Source: Lingula anatina (taxonomy: Eukaryota > Animalia > Brachiopoda). Taken from it: a stretch of 64,000 bases of DNA. This document shows positions 1-12,175 of the stretch, one piece after another. The notes beneath the pieces were generated by a model. The model was not told where the DNA came from. It was given only the letters and a program-made list of their open reading frames with translations, and made no database searches. The DNA lies in assembly GCA_051362555.1 (NCBI GenBank), contig CM120643.1:3162001-3226000 (forward strand). The letters are read 5' to 3'. The translations under genes and the position numbers were made by a program. Within the stretch, counting starts at the first letter, position 1. The number at the start of each line of letters is the position of its first letter.

Positions 1-2609
1 TTCGATTTAGGACTGGTTCATAAAGCAGTAATTTTAGACTTCTGGGACCTAACACATGGCATTATATGTGTAAATTACAAGGCACAGAACGGTTGAAGAT
101 ATTGTTACTCTTCAGAAAAAAGGCTATAAATACCCTTGCTTTTATGCGTTCTACCTGTGGCAAGTGTAAAGTGACAAAATTCAAATCGCACATGAAATTG
201 TGCCCTACGCTTTTTTCTAGAAACTGTAAGGTTTGTGAACTGCTTCTGCAACGTTATTAAAACTGATTTTCACATTTAAAGTTTTATCATGAACATGAAA
301 CTGGCTAAATCACGTATTCTTCATCAATTAGCGTGAGGCACGATATGAGGGCGGGTAGGCCTTAAGTTTTGCAACCTTTTTGGTAGCTAAAGAAACGCGT
401 GCGTTCAAGTATTCGACGAACTAACAACGGCCTCAAGGATAGATCCCTATAGAGGAAATAAATGAAATTAATTGACCCTCGTGCATTAAGTGTAATGCTG
501 AAAACGCCATAAGGTACCTTCAAATACCATCCACTTTTCCACAAAACATCATTAATTTACGCAATGGGCAATCGACCCGATTTAAAATCCGTTGAGAATT
601 GGAGTTTAAAACACCCATAATGCCTGGCTTTACCGTGAATAGAGAAGTCATCTACTGCGTTTTTAGATAAAATGAAGCCCGTGACACAATACTGTCCTTC
701 ACAATACATCATAATATTCATATCATCCAATTTACAATGAAAATATCCCTATCAAAGCCAACATTGATGTACTGGGGTTTCGAAAAATGGATGGAAATGT
801 CCAGTGCGTGATATGACCTTATTTGAGCTAAATTCATATACCAGCCGATATTTTTAAATAATTAAATTTACATTTCTAATTAAAATGAGATTTCCATCTG
901 CTTTGGAACCCTGTACTCAACACGTTTTTTTCCCCAGATTGTTATGGGTATTACTAACTTCTGGCGTAAGAGATGGAGGGACATTTAATGCTGCTCGACA
1001 GTCCCGTTATGATCAGGCTCTATGGGATTTTAGATTGATGTAAGCAGTATAAGAGATTTGAATGGGAACTGGGTTGTTTTATCATGGCATTCTCTGTCTA
1101 GAGTAAAGCTGATGAACATCCCTTTTATACCGGCTGGAAGATGTAGTTAGTAAAAGTCCCATTGTGAATAATATCTTTTGACAGCAGAAACATGTTGGTT
1201 GTATTAATAGTCGATTTTATATGTCCATATAATCTACATTTCATCGGATTATTTTTTCTCAAAATCTTTCTGCCAAGTTACTGAAAAGTTATACCACTGA
1301 AATATTTACACAGTTTAATACTAAAATAATTTACATAGGTACCGTGTCCGGGATAATCTCTCCAAATCGAAGTTTCCCTAAAATGCCCCTATTCACGAGT
1401 CATTACTGGATCTGACCGTGCACCATGATTCGACGTTTTATATAAATTCTTAAAAAATTACCAGTAGTTTTGAAAATTCCAAGTAACTTTTGGACTGCTA
1501 AACATGTGTCTCCTGGCACATTTCGGGTGGTTATATCTATATTAGGTTCTTTACTGTGAGGGATTTTTATCGTTTTTATCTAATTATAAATAAAGAAACA
1601 GTATCTTTGCACAGTATGTTGACACGGAAAATGTGACTTTAGGGCAGGTTCAAGGGCGGACAGTATATGATGGATTGCTTAAGCTTCGACCTACTACATA
1701 GAAGCACGTCTAAATGATAACGTGTATAATGGAGAAGGACTCGGTCTTTTCATGATTATTAGCGGAACGTCTGTCTTAATGTACAGCTCTACCATTACTG
1801 TGGCAGCAGAGCTCACTGGAGTGAGAGAGTCGATCATTTACGTTAACGCTTTTGCCCGATGATTGAAAACTGGGATGACGTACTGGGACATATTTTCTCA
1901 CTGATTTATGGCATAGCGTGACTGTTGTTCATCTTTGTTCTTGTTGGAGGTAGCTTTTCTCAGTAGTGGTTTACTTTGCCAGAAGTTGGCGAGGATGAAA
2001 CACGGGAAAAAGAGAGCCCAGTGAGTAAGTGTTAAATGTTATTGAACTTATTGTCCTTGAAAGTTCTGATACTAAACAATTTTGTGATATTATTGGTTTG
2101 CTTACTTTTCAGGTAATGTATGGTCAAATGACTGGATCAAAAGTGGATTAAACATCTAAAGTTTTATCGAATTGTACGATCTCAATTTTTCCAACAACTG
2201 ACGATTAAGATAATGGACTCTGAGATGACAGTTTATTAGAGGCATAATTCTACAGAGTAAAGTACACAGAGCTTTGGATCGTGTTTTGCGCCTCGGCAAG
2301 GAGATCGTATACAGCAGTCACGAGCATGCGAACGGCAATTAATCCGCACATATGGGACACGGCGTGATTTCATTTAAAAAGGGACAAAACAATGAACTAT
2401 TTCCCATTCCGTGAGAAACAGTGGAACTATTTGACAATGAAGAATTCAACTATCTGGAATGTTCTTCAGCATGGTTGAAATGCGGTTCTCTGGGGGTGCC
2501 ACCTAAGGCAGATTGTGTTCAGCTTTCTGTTCTCACGACACTGGGAGTTCATAACATATATTTCTGCTGAAATAAATGACATTTGGAAACTTGAAATATT
2601 AAAACTGAA

Positions 2610-3797
2610 ATGGCATTGATAGGTAATTATCAGAGACAAATCTCAAGACAAGCTGACGCGTTGCTAGAAAATGGAACGACCAGTGGGACATATGATACTG
2701 CAAATGGCTCATTTCCGTTGCAAGACGTATATGGCCTGACCGCCCACATGACGAATGGCAGCTCCAACAGCTCCAGCTTCGATAACAGCGAACTGTTACG
2801 TTTCTTGCAGCTCCTCGAGTTGTTCTCTCTTTTGTGCCCAATATTCTTCGGTGTAGTGTTTTTAATCGGTGTGTGTGGAAATGGCCTTGTGATATATGTC
2901 ATTACCTCGAACAACTGCCTCCGTACCTGTCCAAATATGTTATTCCTCAATCTGGCAGTGGCAGATCTGTTGTTCCTCTTGTTCTGTGTACCGTTACAAG
3001 GGGCATTTTACATTGACTACTCTTTGGTGTTGGGCGAGTATGTTTGTAAACTTTTCAAGTACACGGTGTTTGTCACCATGTCAGTGAGTGCCTATACGTT
3101 GGTGGCCATTTGTATTTTCCGCTGCATTGCCATTGCTTCGCCTTTGCAGTCATCCATCACATTAACAAAACGCCATTCGGGCCTTGCGAGTCTTTTAACT
3201 TGGATAGTTATGATTGCAGTAAACACTCCTGTCGCGATTTTCTACACAGAAGAAAGGGACAATCATTGCCAGTTTGTGTATTACCTTAAAATCCAAATGT
3301 ACATTTTCAACACTATCACCATTGGGATTGATTTTCTACTGCCCATGGCAGTGTTTTGTGTAGGAACTATGTTTATTATACATGCGCTACGGAAACGGAA
3401 CCAAACAATGTACAAAATGAATGCGTTGCACCGGGGCTCAATTGAAGACGAGCAGTCACGCCGCAACACCAGGAAGCTGGTGGTATTGGTGATAACCGTC
3501 GCCGTGGTCTTCTTTCTCTCATGGCTGCCATTCCACGTTATTGCCCTTATAAACATCGTTAAGACTACACCCTACGTTTTTTCTACTGTTGCTCAACTCC
3601 TTGCTTTTGCCAACTCTTGCTTCAATCCCATCATCTACAATTTTGCCTCTGCGGGCTTCAGAAGAGCATTCATCAATGCCTTGCAATGTTGCCCAGTCTT
3701 TCGATTGCAGCGTTCGTTAACGACAGAGACAAGGAACACGCAAGCGGACATTCCATTAAATGACGTACACTTACGAAGGCAAACAACTTCGGAGTAA
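2610..3797 (+). CDS. Class A (rhodopsin-like) GPCR, galanin/allatostatin-A receptor-like neuropeptide receptor, intronless CDS, 395 aa
   Basis: Seven hydrophobic segments with class A motifs: TM1 GN (GVCGNGLV), TM2 LAVADL, TM3 Cys (YVCK), TM4 W, TM5 FLLP, TM6 SWLP, TM7 NSCFNPIIY, helix 8 FRRAF. N-terminal N-glycosylation sequons (NGT, NGS). DRY reads FRC. Subfamily is inferred from motif resemblance only. Confidence 0.93.
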   Translation: MALIGNYQRQISRQADALLENGTTSGTYDTANGSFPLQDVYGLTAHMTNGSSNSSSFDNSELLRFLQLLELFSLLCPIFFGVVFLIGVCGNGLVIYVITSNNCLRTCPNMLFLNLAVADLLFLLFCVPLQGAFYIDYSLVLGEYVCKLFKYTVFVTMSVSAYTLVAICIFRCIAIASPLQSSITLTKRHSGLASLLTWIVMIAVNTPVAIFYTEERDNHCQFVYYLKIQMYIFNTITIGIDFLLPMAVFCVGTMFIIHALRKRNQTMYKMNALHRGSIEDEQSRRNTRKLVVLVITVAVVFFLSWLPFHVIALINIVKTTPYVFSTVAQLLAFANSCFNPIIYNFASAGFRRAFINALQCCPVFRLQRSLTTETRNTQADIPLNDVHLRRQTTSE

Positions 3798-4280
3798 AAT
3801 GTTATCAATGGTGGTCAATGAACAGTCCTCGGTATTTCACTTGTGACGCGGACTGACATTAAAACGTTCCTCGGTATTCAGCGAGTATCCAACCGGGTAT
3901 TCTGAAGCAGCAAGTTTGCACTTGGGGAGGCCAGGTGGGCTTCGTAGTTTTGACATTTTGATGATGTGTAGAAAGGTATAAACCTCTTAACACATACTTT
4001 TGAAAAGTTTGCCTCTCTTAATGCCTGAAGATCGAACCTTGCGGATGGATACAAGAAGTATTTTCTGTGTGCTGCTTTTTTTTTAATTTTGTTTTACTAT
4101 GAAGATTGTCAACCATATTCAGTATTGGAGTCTATTATATATACATACATGAATAACCCGATGTTGTCAGCTTTGCTAGGCAGATGGCCAAAAAACAGGA
4201 TACAATACATTTAGGGATGTGGTCGGGGTTTTTTTTTCTTTTTTTCTTGCATCATGTTTAAAGATTAAAATAAAGGTCAA

Positions 4281-5182
4281 AAATGTATTAATATCTTCTT
4301 GTTGTGATCGCTGCATGGTTATTTAAAAAGCCACCATGTCTCAAACTGTGTGCTATGACGACTATCATGTTGTGGTCTTTTTTAATGAACAAATTATTGT
4401 TGTTAGCATTATTATGTTTATATACAGATATATGATTAACGAGGCAATCCGACATATACATGCTTGTTAATGGTGTTGAGAAAAAAAGGGTAACATTTCA
4501 CTAATTTATAAGTCACCTGTGACCTAATAAATTACTCCTTTCTGCAACATTCACAACTGAAGGTAAAATATATTAATATACTGAAGGTAAAATGTATTAA
4601 TATCTTTTTGTTGTGATCGCTGCATGGTTATTTAAAAAGCCACCATGTCACAAACTGTGTGCTATGACGACTATCATGTTGTGGTCTTTTTTAATGAACA
4701 AATTATTGTTGTTAGCATTATTATGTTTATATACAGATATATGATTAACGAGGCAATCCGACATATACATGCTTGTTAATGGTGTTGAGAAAAAAAGGGT
4801 AACATTTCACTAATTTATAAGTCACCTGTGACCTAATAAATTACTCCTTTCTGCAACATTCACAACTGAAGGTAAAATATATTAATATACTGAAGGTAAA
4901 ATGTATTAATATCTTTTTGTTGTGATCGCTGCATGGTTATTTAAAAAGCCACCATGTCACAAACTGTGTGCTATGACGACTATCATGTTGTGGTCTTTTT
5001 TAATGAACAAATTATTGTTGTTAGCATTATTATGTTTATATACAGATATATGATTAACGAGGCAATCCGACATATACATGCTTGTTAATGGTGTTGAGAA
5101 AAAAAAGGTAACATTTCACTAATTTATAAGTCACCTGTGACATAATTAATTACTCTTTTCTGCAACATTCACAACTGAAGGT
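4281..5182. repeat. Near-perfect tandem triplication, 309-bp period
   Basis: The block atgtattaatatct..gttgtgatcgctgcatgg recurs at about 4283, 4592 and 4901. Copies are nearly identical and the array ends at acaactgaaggt (5182). Confidence 0.92.
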
Positions 5183-8100
5183 GGAGTAAAGTATAACGGA
5201 CCTTTGTGGGTAAAATCGGAAAGTAGTTTTAGAGACAAAATGATGGAAAAGTCTGTATCGGGAATCTACCCCATACAAGGTATCTTTCATACATTGCATG
5301 CATGATCAATATTGGCCCACAGGAGCCAACTACATTAATATTGCATTAACAAGCCATCATGTTATGACATTCCCATGATTGATGACCTGACAATTATTTG
5401 TCTGTTCCACATGTTTTATTCTTTTTTTTTCTATCAAACACTTTTTTTTTGTTATGGTGTTGACGTTTTACAGTTCCTAATAAAGACAGAACCTACACTT
5501 CCTTGTTTGTTTCCATATGTGCTGTTAAAGGCAGAATCCCTGAAGATCGAGTGTGGGACACGAGGGGGCGAAGCTACCGAGGGGGGAGGGTGTGGTGTGT
5601 AAAATTCCAAATTCCAGGGGGGGCAGCTGCCCCCCCTGCCCCCCGGAGGCTACGGCCCTGCTATCGTATAGAACATAACGCATTCCTCAGTTCCCATTAT
5701 TTGCGGAATTTCTCACAAAAAGAGGCTGCAATAAAACTAAAACGCCAATGCGTCACTTTATAGTCTAATTGACTGTACAGTAAGCGCAGAAATCAAATGT
5801 TAGCACTAGTGCGGTGAATGCGTTTTTTAATATTGACGAAGCCTGCCAGTGTTGACAGACTGGTTGTTATGTTTGATTTGTTTTTAGGTGTAAATATGAA
5901 AAGTCATACATATAGTGCATGTGTATGAAAGTAATTACCTCGGACTCTGCTAAAATATCTCTCATTTTATCTATTTTGAAGGGGATTCCCATTATTATAT
6001 ATCATATGTATTAGTTTATAAAATTAGACTGCGCGGTCGTTGGCCCAAGAGATTCCCCCCTCCTCCTCCGGCCTCAGAAAAATGAAATCCATGTACACCG
6101 ATCAGATCTTGCAACACACAGTATGTTGAAAGTGGCAGGAACGTTCACTGCAGATGCTTCAAAAAAATGTTTGGTAGACAAGTAGCCTCGAAGGAAAAGT
6201 GCCATTTAAAATGTGGATCAATCACATGCAATTGGTCTTTCAATGATTTTCTATGTATTTTGCAATTTTGCTTTTTGCTTTGTGGAGTATTTTATCTCTG
6301 TTGAAGAGGGAGGGGAGTCTCTTTGGGGCGAAAATACACTTTTTCAAACGACAACACAGAGCAAAGTTAATAAGAAAATAAACAGACTGCAAACGCTGAA
6401 AGACTGAGTTATTTCACCATTTTATTCATTTTTGAAAGCTCATTTATTGCGCTAAGGCAAACAATTGACTTCTGTGCTGTCACACGCAAGGAAATTACCA
6501 AAACCTCTTTCAAAATACCACATTGATATACTCTATCATTTAACATTAATTATATTTTATGTAAATAATTACGTATACAGTTTATGTAATCTCTGCACGA
6601 ACAGTATATTGGTGTTATTTAAAATAATAACGCAATGCAGACGCATGATGTTTTAGAAAAAAATCTGAAAACCTAATTATAATTATCTAAAAAAATCAAT
6701 TATTTCAAATAGTAATCGTGGCAATTGGGGAGTCATCAAAACATGATTAAATTGGGTACAAGGAGATACATTCATTCGATGAAATAATCGCAGGCGTAAA
6801 AGAAATCGAAAATACAAATAAAGCAATAAAGAAAAATTCCAAAGAATCTTTGATTTCTGGGGATGATATTAACCGGAACATTTTTCAAGACAATTTTAAA
6901 AGGCTTTAAAGGAAGCAGAACTTTATATTTGAAGACATATTACTTAACAAAAAATGTATTGTACAATTTGAAATAAAGATGTGGGTCAAACAATAAATAA
7001 AATTCAAATTTCTCATTTGAAATTGGTTCATTATTAATTAAAATACACATGAAAATAAAAACACAGGTAATACCTGTAAACTTGATATGAAATGAATATG
7101 TATGATAATTCAATTGAAAAAAATTTTCTCACACAACAACGGGTGTGGAAAAAATAAAAGCACGCTAAGCAATAGACCTTAAATATATCCTGTTTTCATG
7201 CTTTCAACAAACTATACTACAGTACAGTGTGTGTAGGCACATATGTACCGCAGTCAACAGAAGTGTATCTGTATCCAGACTAACGTAGCTATATAAGCCA
7301 AATATTAACACAAGTCTGTCTCATTTCTCAGATGTAGGTCGAATAAAAGAAAGGGGACTATCAGGCGCTATAATGAATTCTGGGTCCTGACACACCCCTT
7401 GTCTGAAAACCTGGCTTTCTCTCATTTCCGCAGTAAAGTTGAATGAACCTTGATCACGCAAGACTTGGAGTAGGAGTTTAGTAGATAATCAATACAGTGT
7501 AAAACATATTTCAGTTCACCAATATTGTATAAACGAATGTCAAAAAATTCCATTATTTATAAAATGTCACAGCAAGTTATATGACGGAGGCTTTTTATTA
7601 CGGGTAACAATAAAAACGAGTAAAATTAAATAAAATATGTACAAATGAAAGGTTGTATAGATAACATCATTGAATTTTTATAATAAAGTTGTCAACATTT
7701 ATCTCAACAACAAATACTCGAACAACAGAGTGTTCCTTATACAATGCATATCGATTTTGAAAAAAGCAGATAATAATTTGTGACATGACAATAAGCATTT
7801 AAGAGCCACCACACTGGGAATAAAAGTCCCAGAACTAGAAACAAATCATCTCTCATATTGCGTAACTCGACAGTTTTATCTTCTCGCTTCAACATTTCTT
7901 TTATATAATACCTTATTCTTTCTGGCAAGCAATAAATCAATACCCTGTCAGCTGAGGTGATTTATGGCAACCTTAATATACCGTTACGTTACTCAAACAC
8001 AATGGGTTCTCATTCTTTATTTTAAACGTTCCCAGTCTACTGTTATGATCAGATCGTCGACATGCCGTCCAGAATCTTGCCAAGAAAGGGCATGACAGAT

Positions 8101-8308
8101 ATTTCCGCCTGCTGGCAAATGCAGAATTGCTTCATTCAACGGAGTGCGTTAACGGCTGCAGGTGCAATTTCATATTTGTAGGTGCTAACCGATCTTCATA
8201 TGTACACTGCGCAAACTAATTACTATCACATTCCCCCAAGAGAGGAGCGGTTGCATTAGCTCACAATCAGCCATCTTACTAACGCCAGATACATTATCAA
8301 AACTAATA

Positions 8309-9600
8309 CAGAATTGACATTTAATATGGAATATTTTCTCCAAATCATGATTCATCAGTTTTTTCCTATTTTGCTGACTGATAAATGAAAATAAGGATAA
8401 AAGTCGTGTTTTAAAAACTTTTGATAATCTGTTCGATGTCAAGGTGACATCAGTTCATTTATTGAATTCGCTAGTGAAGCAAACAAAAATTCATTGTCTA
8501 TTTTAAAAGTGTACGACAACAATTGAAAGCGATATTTCGGATCTCCATATCTTCCAAATTATCGTCTTTAAAAGAGGTACACGCCCAACAAAGGCCCCTC
8601 ATGTCAGTGTCTAGTCACAGCAATGGTCGCTGTTACGCCGGACCGGATCTCTGCTACCAGAGCTTTCAAGCGGCAGGGCATTCCTTAGGATAAGTTTTTA
8701 GAGTTTAATCTGGAATAAAATTCCAGGCAACGGTTAAAACTTCTCCAATTTGGTTCAGTTTTGTTGTAGGACATGCAGGCCGTTGATTCTGCGAGTAATG
8801 ACCTACCCACATATTGTCTATGTGGTTCAAATATGGCGATCTTGATGACCAAGGTAGCTGCTCAGTTCCTTGGTTCTGTAAGTTATCTGCTATCAAAAGT
8901 GCTATGTGTGAACCGGCAATCTCATCGTGCAACCTAAAATTGTTCCTAAGGTGTGGCCTATCAAATGATGGTCAAGTGGTTCCCAGAGTATTGCTTTATT
9001 TGATCTGATGCAGGTTTTCATCGATGACTTCCATTAGTGTTTTGGCACAAATTTGGTATCAATTCCAAATAGTGACGCTGTCAATGATCCTAGTCACTTA
9101 AAAGGTTGCACACGCCTTGTCGTCGGCCTCTGCAGGATGTCTGTAATATCTGATTCGATCAGTTTAGCTGTGCGGATGAAATCTGACCTCAATAAAGAAA
9201 GCCACGCGGTTTCAGTGTTCTACCCAGCAACGGTCATGGTCCCCAATTCCTTAGAGAAATAGACTACGCTGTTTTGCTGTTTACAGTGGCTTTCTCAGAG
9301 GTCGCCTGATATCCTAACCTGCTGAAACCATTTTGGTGTTTGCTAAGAGCCTTAAAACGCGTTTTGGTGACAATTAGCCAATCATTCAAAACGGACTGGG
9401 TGATTTTGCTTTCACTACAGCAGCATATCCTGAAGGGCAGTGAGTCCTGTACCCTGGTGGTGAGATGTCGATACATTGGGCGTGGTCTCTGTGTAGGTAC
9501 TTCAGTCTTGGCATAAAACTATGCAGACCATTCCGTTTGACACAATAAACTGTCTCGCAATGTCTGTCTTTTTCGTGCCATTCTGGCACAGCTTAAAATT
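8309..9600 (-). mobile_element. Decayed Tc1/mariner transposon relic (transposase pseudogene)
   Basis: ORF 8705-8932 reads LPWSSRSPYLNHIDNMW, a degenerate form of the Tc1 motif WP.RSPDLNPIE.LW. A downstream frame reads MPCRLKALVA, like the Tc1 C-terminus MP.RL.A.I. Frameshifts and stops throughout; boundaries approximate. Confidence 0.75.
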
Positions 9601-11074
9601 TTTATAAAACACTGCTTAACTCAGTTTACCCACTGCAAAACTGACCGCTTGCATGCAAATTAAAAAAATCTTCGATACAGTATTTGCCGACATATGGATA
9701 CTTTTTTGACAGAATCATGCTTCATCAAAGCCGAGCTTTGATCAGCCCGAAGGAGCACTAGCCAATTAATCACTGCATATTACACAATGCAGCAGTGCAA
9801 CAGACTTGGTAGTCAGTTAATTGGTAGCGACAGACCTGACTTCATGCTTCTCCAGTCAGATATCTTATGTGGGATCTGAGTATTAAATAAAGAACGCATT
9901 TTACCGAGGTATACCTTTAAAACTGAAATATTCAATATTAAATGTCAATTCTGTATGTAACATATACATAATGACTTATGAAACAATGTAATTGGAGACA
10001 TCCATTTCGCAAGGCTATGAAATACGTAATTATATAAATCGTAAAAAGTCAGCTCAACGCCCCCACTGTCTGCTTAGATGTCAACTTAAATAGATTAACT
10101 AACGCTATTTTCTCTGAGTATCATTACGCATAGTGCAAGTGTCTTACAGACTGTATTTTGTCCCTGGGCGACGCATTACAAAAAACCAGTCTTTTGACTC
10201 CAGCCATACGTGCAACTTGGATTGACATCTCAGTCGATAGTTGACTCCTCTGGCATGATATAAAATGACAGCAACCTAATTAATCACACACTGTGGTCGG
10301 TCTTCTGTCTAGACGATTTATTTTAAATCTTGATATGTCTTTAGCCATGCAATGATCTAATATATTGCCCAATTACAATTACATATGGGCTTTTTCAATC
10401 AAGGATGGCATAGTATACGTCATTGATGATAACTTATCACTTAACGAATAATAATAAATGTATATTACATTCTGAACAACTCTGTCTGTACAAGCATATT
10501 ACGACAACACCCAATAAATTAGAATTTAACAAAGTGTCACATGCTGAACCGTCATCACCAAGGAAACAATTTTGATTAAAATACGCCGAAGTATAGAAAA
10601 GCTGCGACCTGTTTTTGACGTCTTGCGGTAAAGTTCTAAACAAAAAAGTTTTGTTGATATGAGGTCGCCAGTTAGCACCATGTTTTTAGGAACTTACAAA
10701 GATGAAAAGGGTTCGAAGTACATTAAAAAAATTGCAGCTAATTCTGAATCAAAATAGCGTATTATAAAAAGCAAACAAACAAACAAAACTCGCTATTGAT
10801 AGCTAAAAAACAGGAGGTATTTTGTACGGCGCTTTAGTTTCCATAACATGCGAAATGTACCCTATAACCGGCTTTCACTTCGCAGAAATGTCAAACTGAA
10901 GGATCTGAGGGGCGATGTCGCCCCCAGGAATTGTCCCACCAGTGAGAGTAACTTAATTCCAGAGAGATAAACCCCATTCGAGTTTAAAGGTAGCTAAGGA
11001 TGATCTTTTTAGTTGTGGAGAAATAGGTTTTCTTCCAAATGCAAAACACAGTTCATGGTGAAAAGAAGGTCATA

Positions 11075-11248
11075 GACTCATTCAGAACAGTGGACTTACT
11101 TGTCCGAGGGCCATATATGGCTGACCCACTTGAATACTTCCCCACGGGATATCAATTCAGTGTCTATTAGCGGATCAGACGGCATGCTTTGTAGTGTGTC
11201 GCCATATTTGAGCCTCGGACTAGTTAGTACCCTATTCTGAATGGGACC
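11075..11248. mobile_element. Short palindromic MITE (cattcagaa...ttctgaatg termini)
   Basis: Imperfect terminal inverted repeats plus inner arms (gtccgagg/cctcggac). Termini resemble the element at 38015-38439. Confidence 0.5.
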
Positions 11249-11517
11249 AAAGTTAAAATTCAATGTCACAGTAAGACTGCAAATAAATGACTTTTTATTA
11301 AAGTTATATAGTAACTATGGGCATATCTCCGCCGGTTTATGCAGAGTATATGGGGTTGAACATTTTGCAAAGTTCAGTTCATGATGAAAAGTGGGTCAAA
11401 TGTCAAATTCAAAGTCACAGTAAGAGTGCCAATACATGAATTTCTATTAAAATTCAAAAGAAACTTTGTTCTTTTAATAAAGCGATACTCTTTAACCGTG
11501 TGGAAAACAAAAATTGA

Positions 11518-12135
11518 CAAGAGGTCTCTGGCGATAACGGTGCTGGAATGAGAGAGAGAGAGTTTTGGATTTTGGGTTCTATTAGCTGCTTCTCTCGTGA
11601 AAATACACCGATTGACACCAAACCCACGGAGATGAATGGAGACCTTTAGAGTTAACTCCTCAATATAAATATAAAACTTAGGTCCTTGTAGTTTCTGAAA
11701 ATGAACACAAACAAATATTGATTTCACAGAAAATTCCAATTTTTTATAAAAGTTTGGTCCATTTGACCTTGATATAAAGGTCAAAGGTCAAATCCAATGA
11801 CACATTTTAAATTTCCACTGACTTTTGGTCAGGTTTCTATAGTAACTGTTCCAATCATTCTTTCGGTTAAGGAGATATTTAGCTTTTAATTTTCTATAAT
11901 TTGGACAAGGGTGGATTGCGAATGACGCCACAAATAGGCCCAAGCTCCGAGAGATCCCCAAATCAACGTGAATCATTTTGAAATTATGTGTAACCTAAAG
12001 CAAAGAGGCCTTTCTATAGTCTGAGAAAGGGAAGCGGTAACGGTGACGTGGCGATGGAGCCAACGGAGCCGACGGACGAGACAGGTAAGGACTAAAACCA
12101 TGTTTACCGCCAGCGCCTACCCTGGTGGTACAAAG
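11518..12135 (+). mobile_element. Putative non-autonomous Helentron/DINE-like interspersed repeat
   Basis: Starts acaagagg, contains tgacctt/aaggtcaaaggtca motifs and a short gacg/cgga run, and ends in a small hairpin (accgccag...ctggtggt) followed by A-rich bases. The family call is inference from architecture. Confidence 0.35.
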
Positions 12136-12175
12136 GACAAATTCAGACCTGCATCGACCAGTCTTTTAAACACAC

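Noticed and set aside
1900-2115. Candidate 5' UTR exon and intron of GPCR1 (gtgagt/gtaagt near 2021-2030, tttcag at 2112)
   Set aside because: Splice-like motifs alone are not enough without transcript evidence.
2599-3556. Antisense and alternative-frame ORFs overlapping the GPCR and SLC7 genes
   Set aside because: Shadow ORFs of real coding sequence with no independent motifs.
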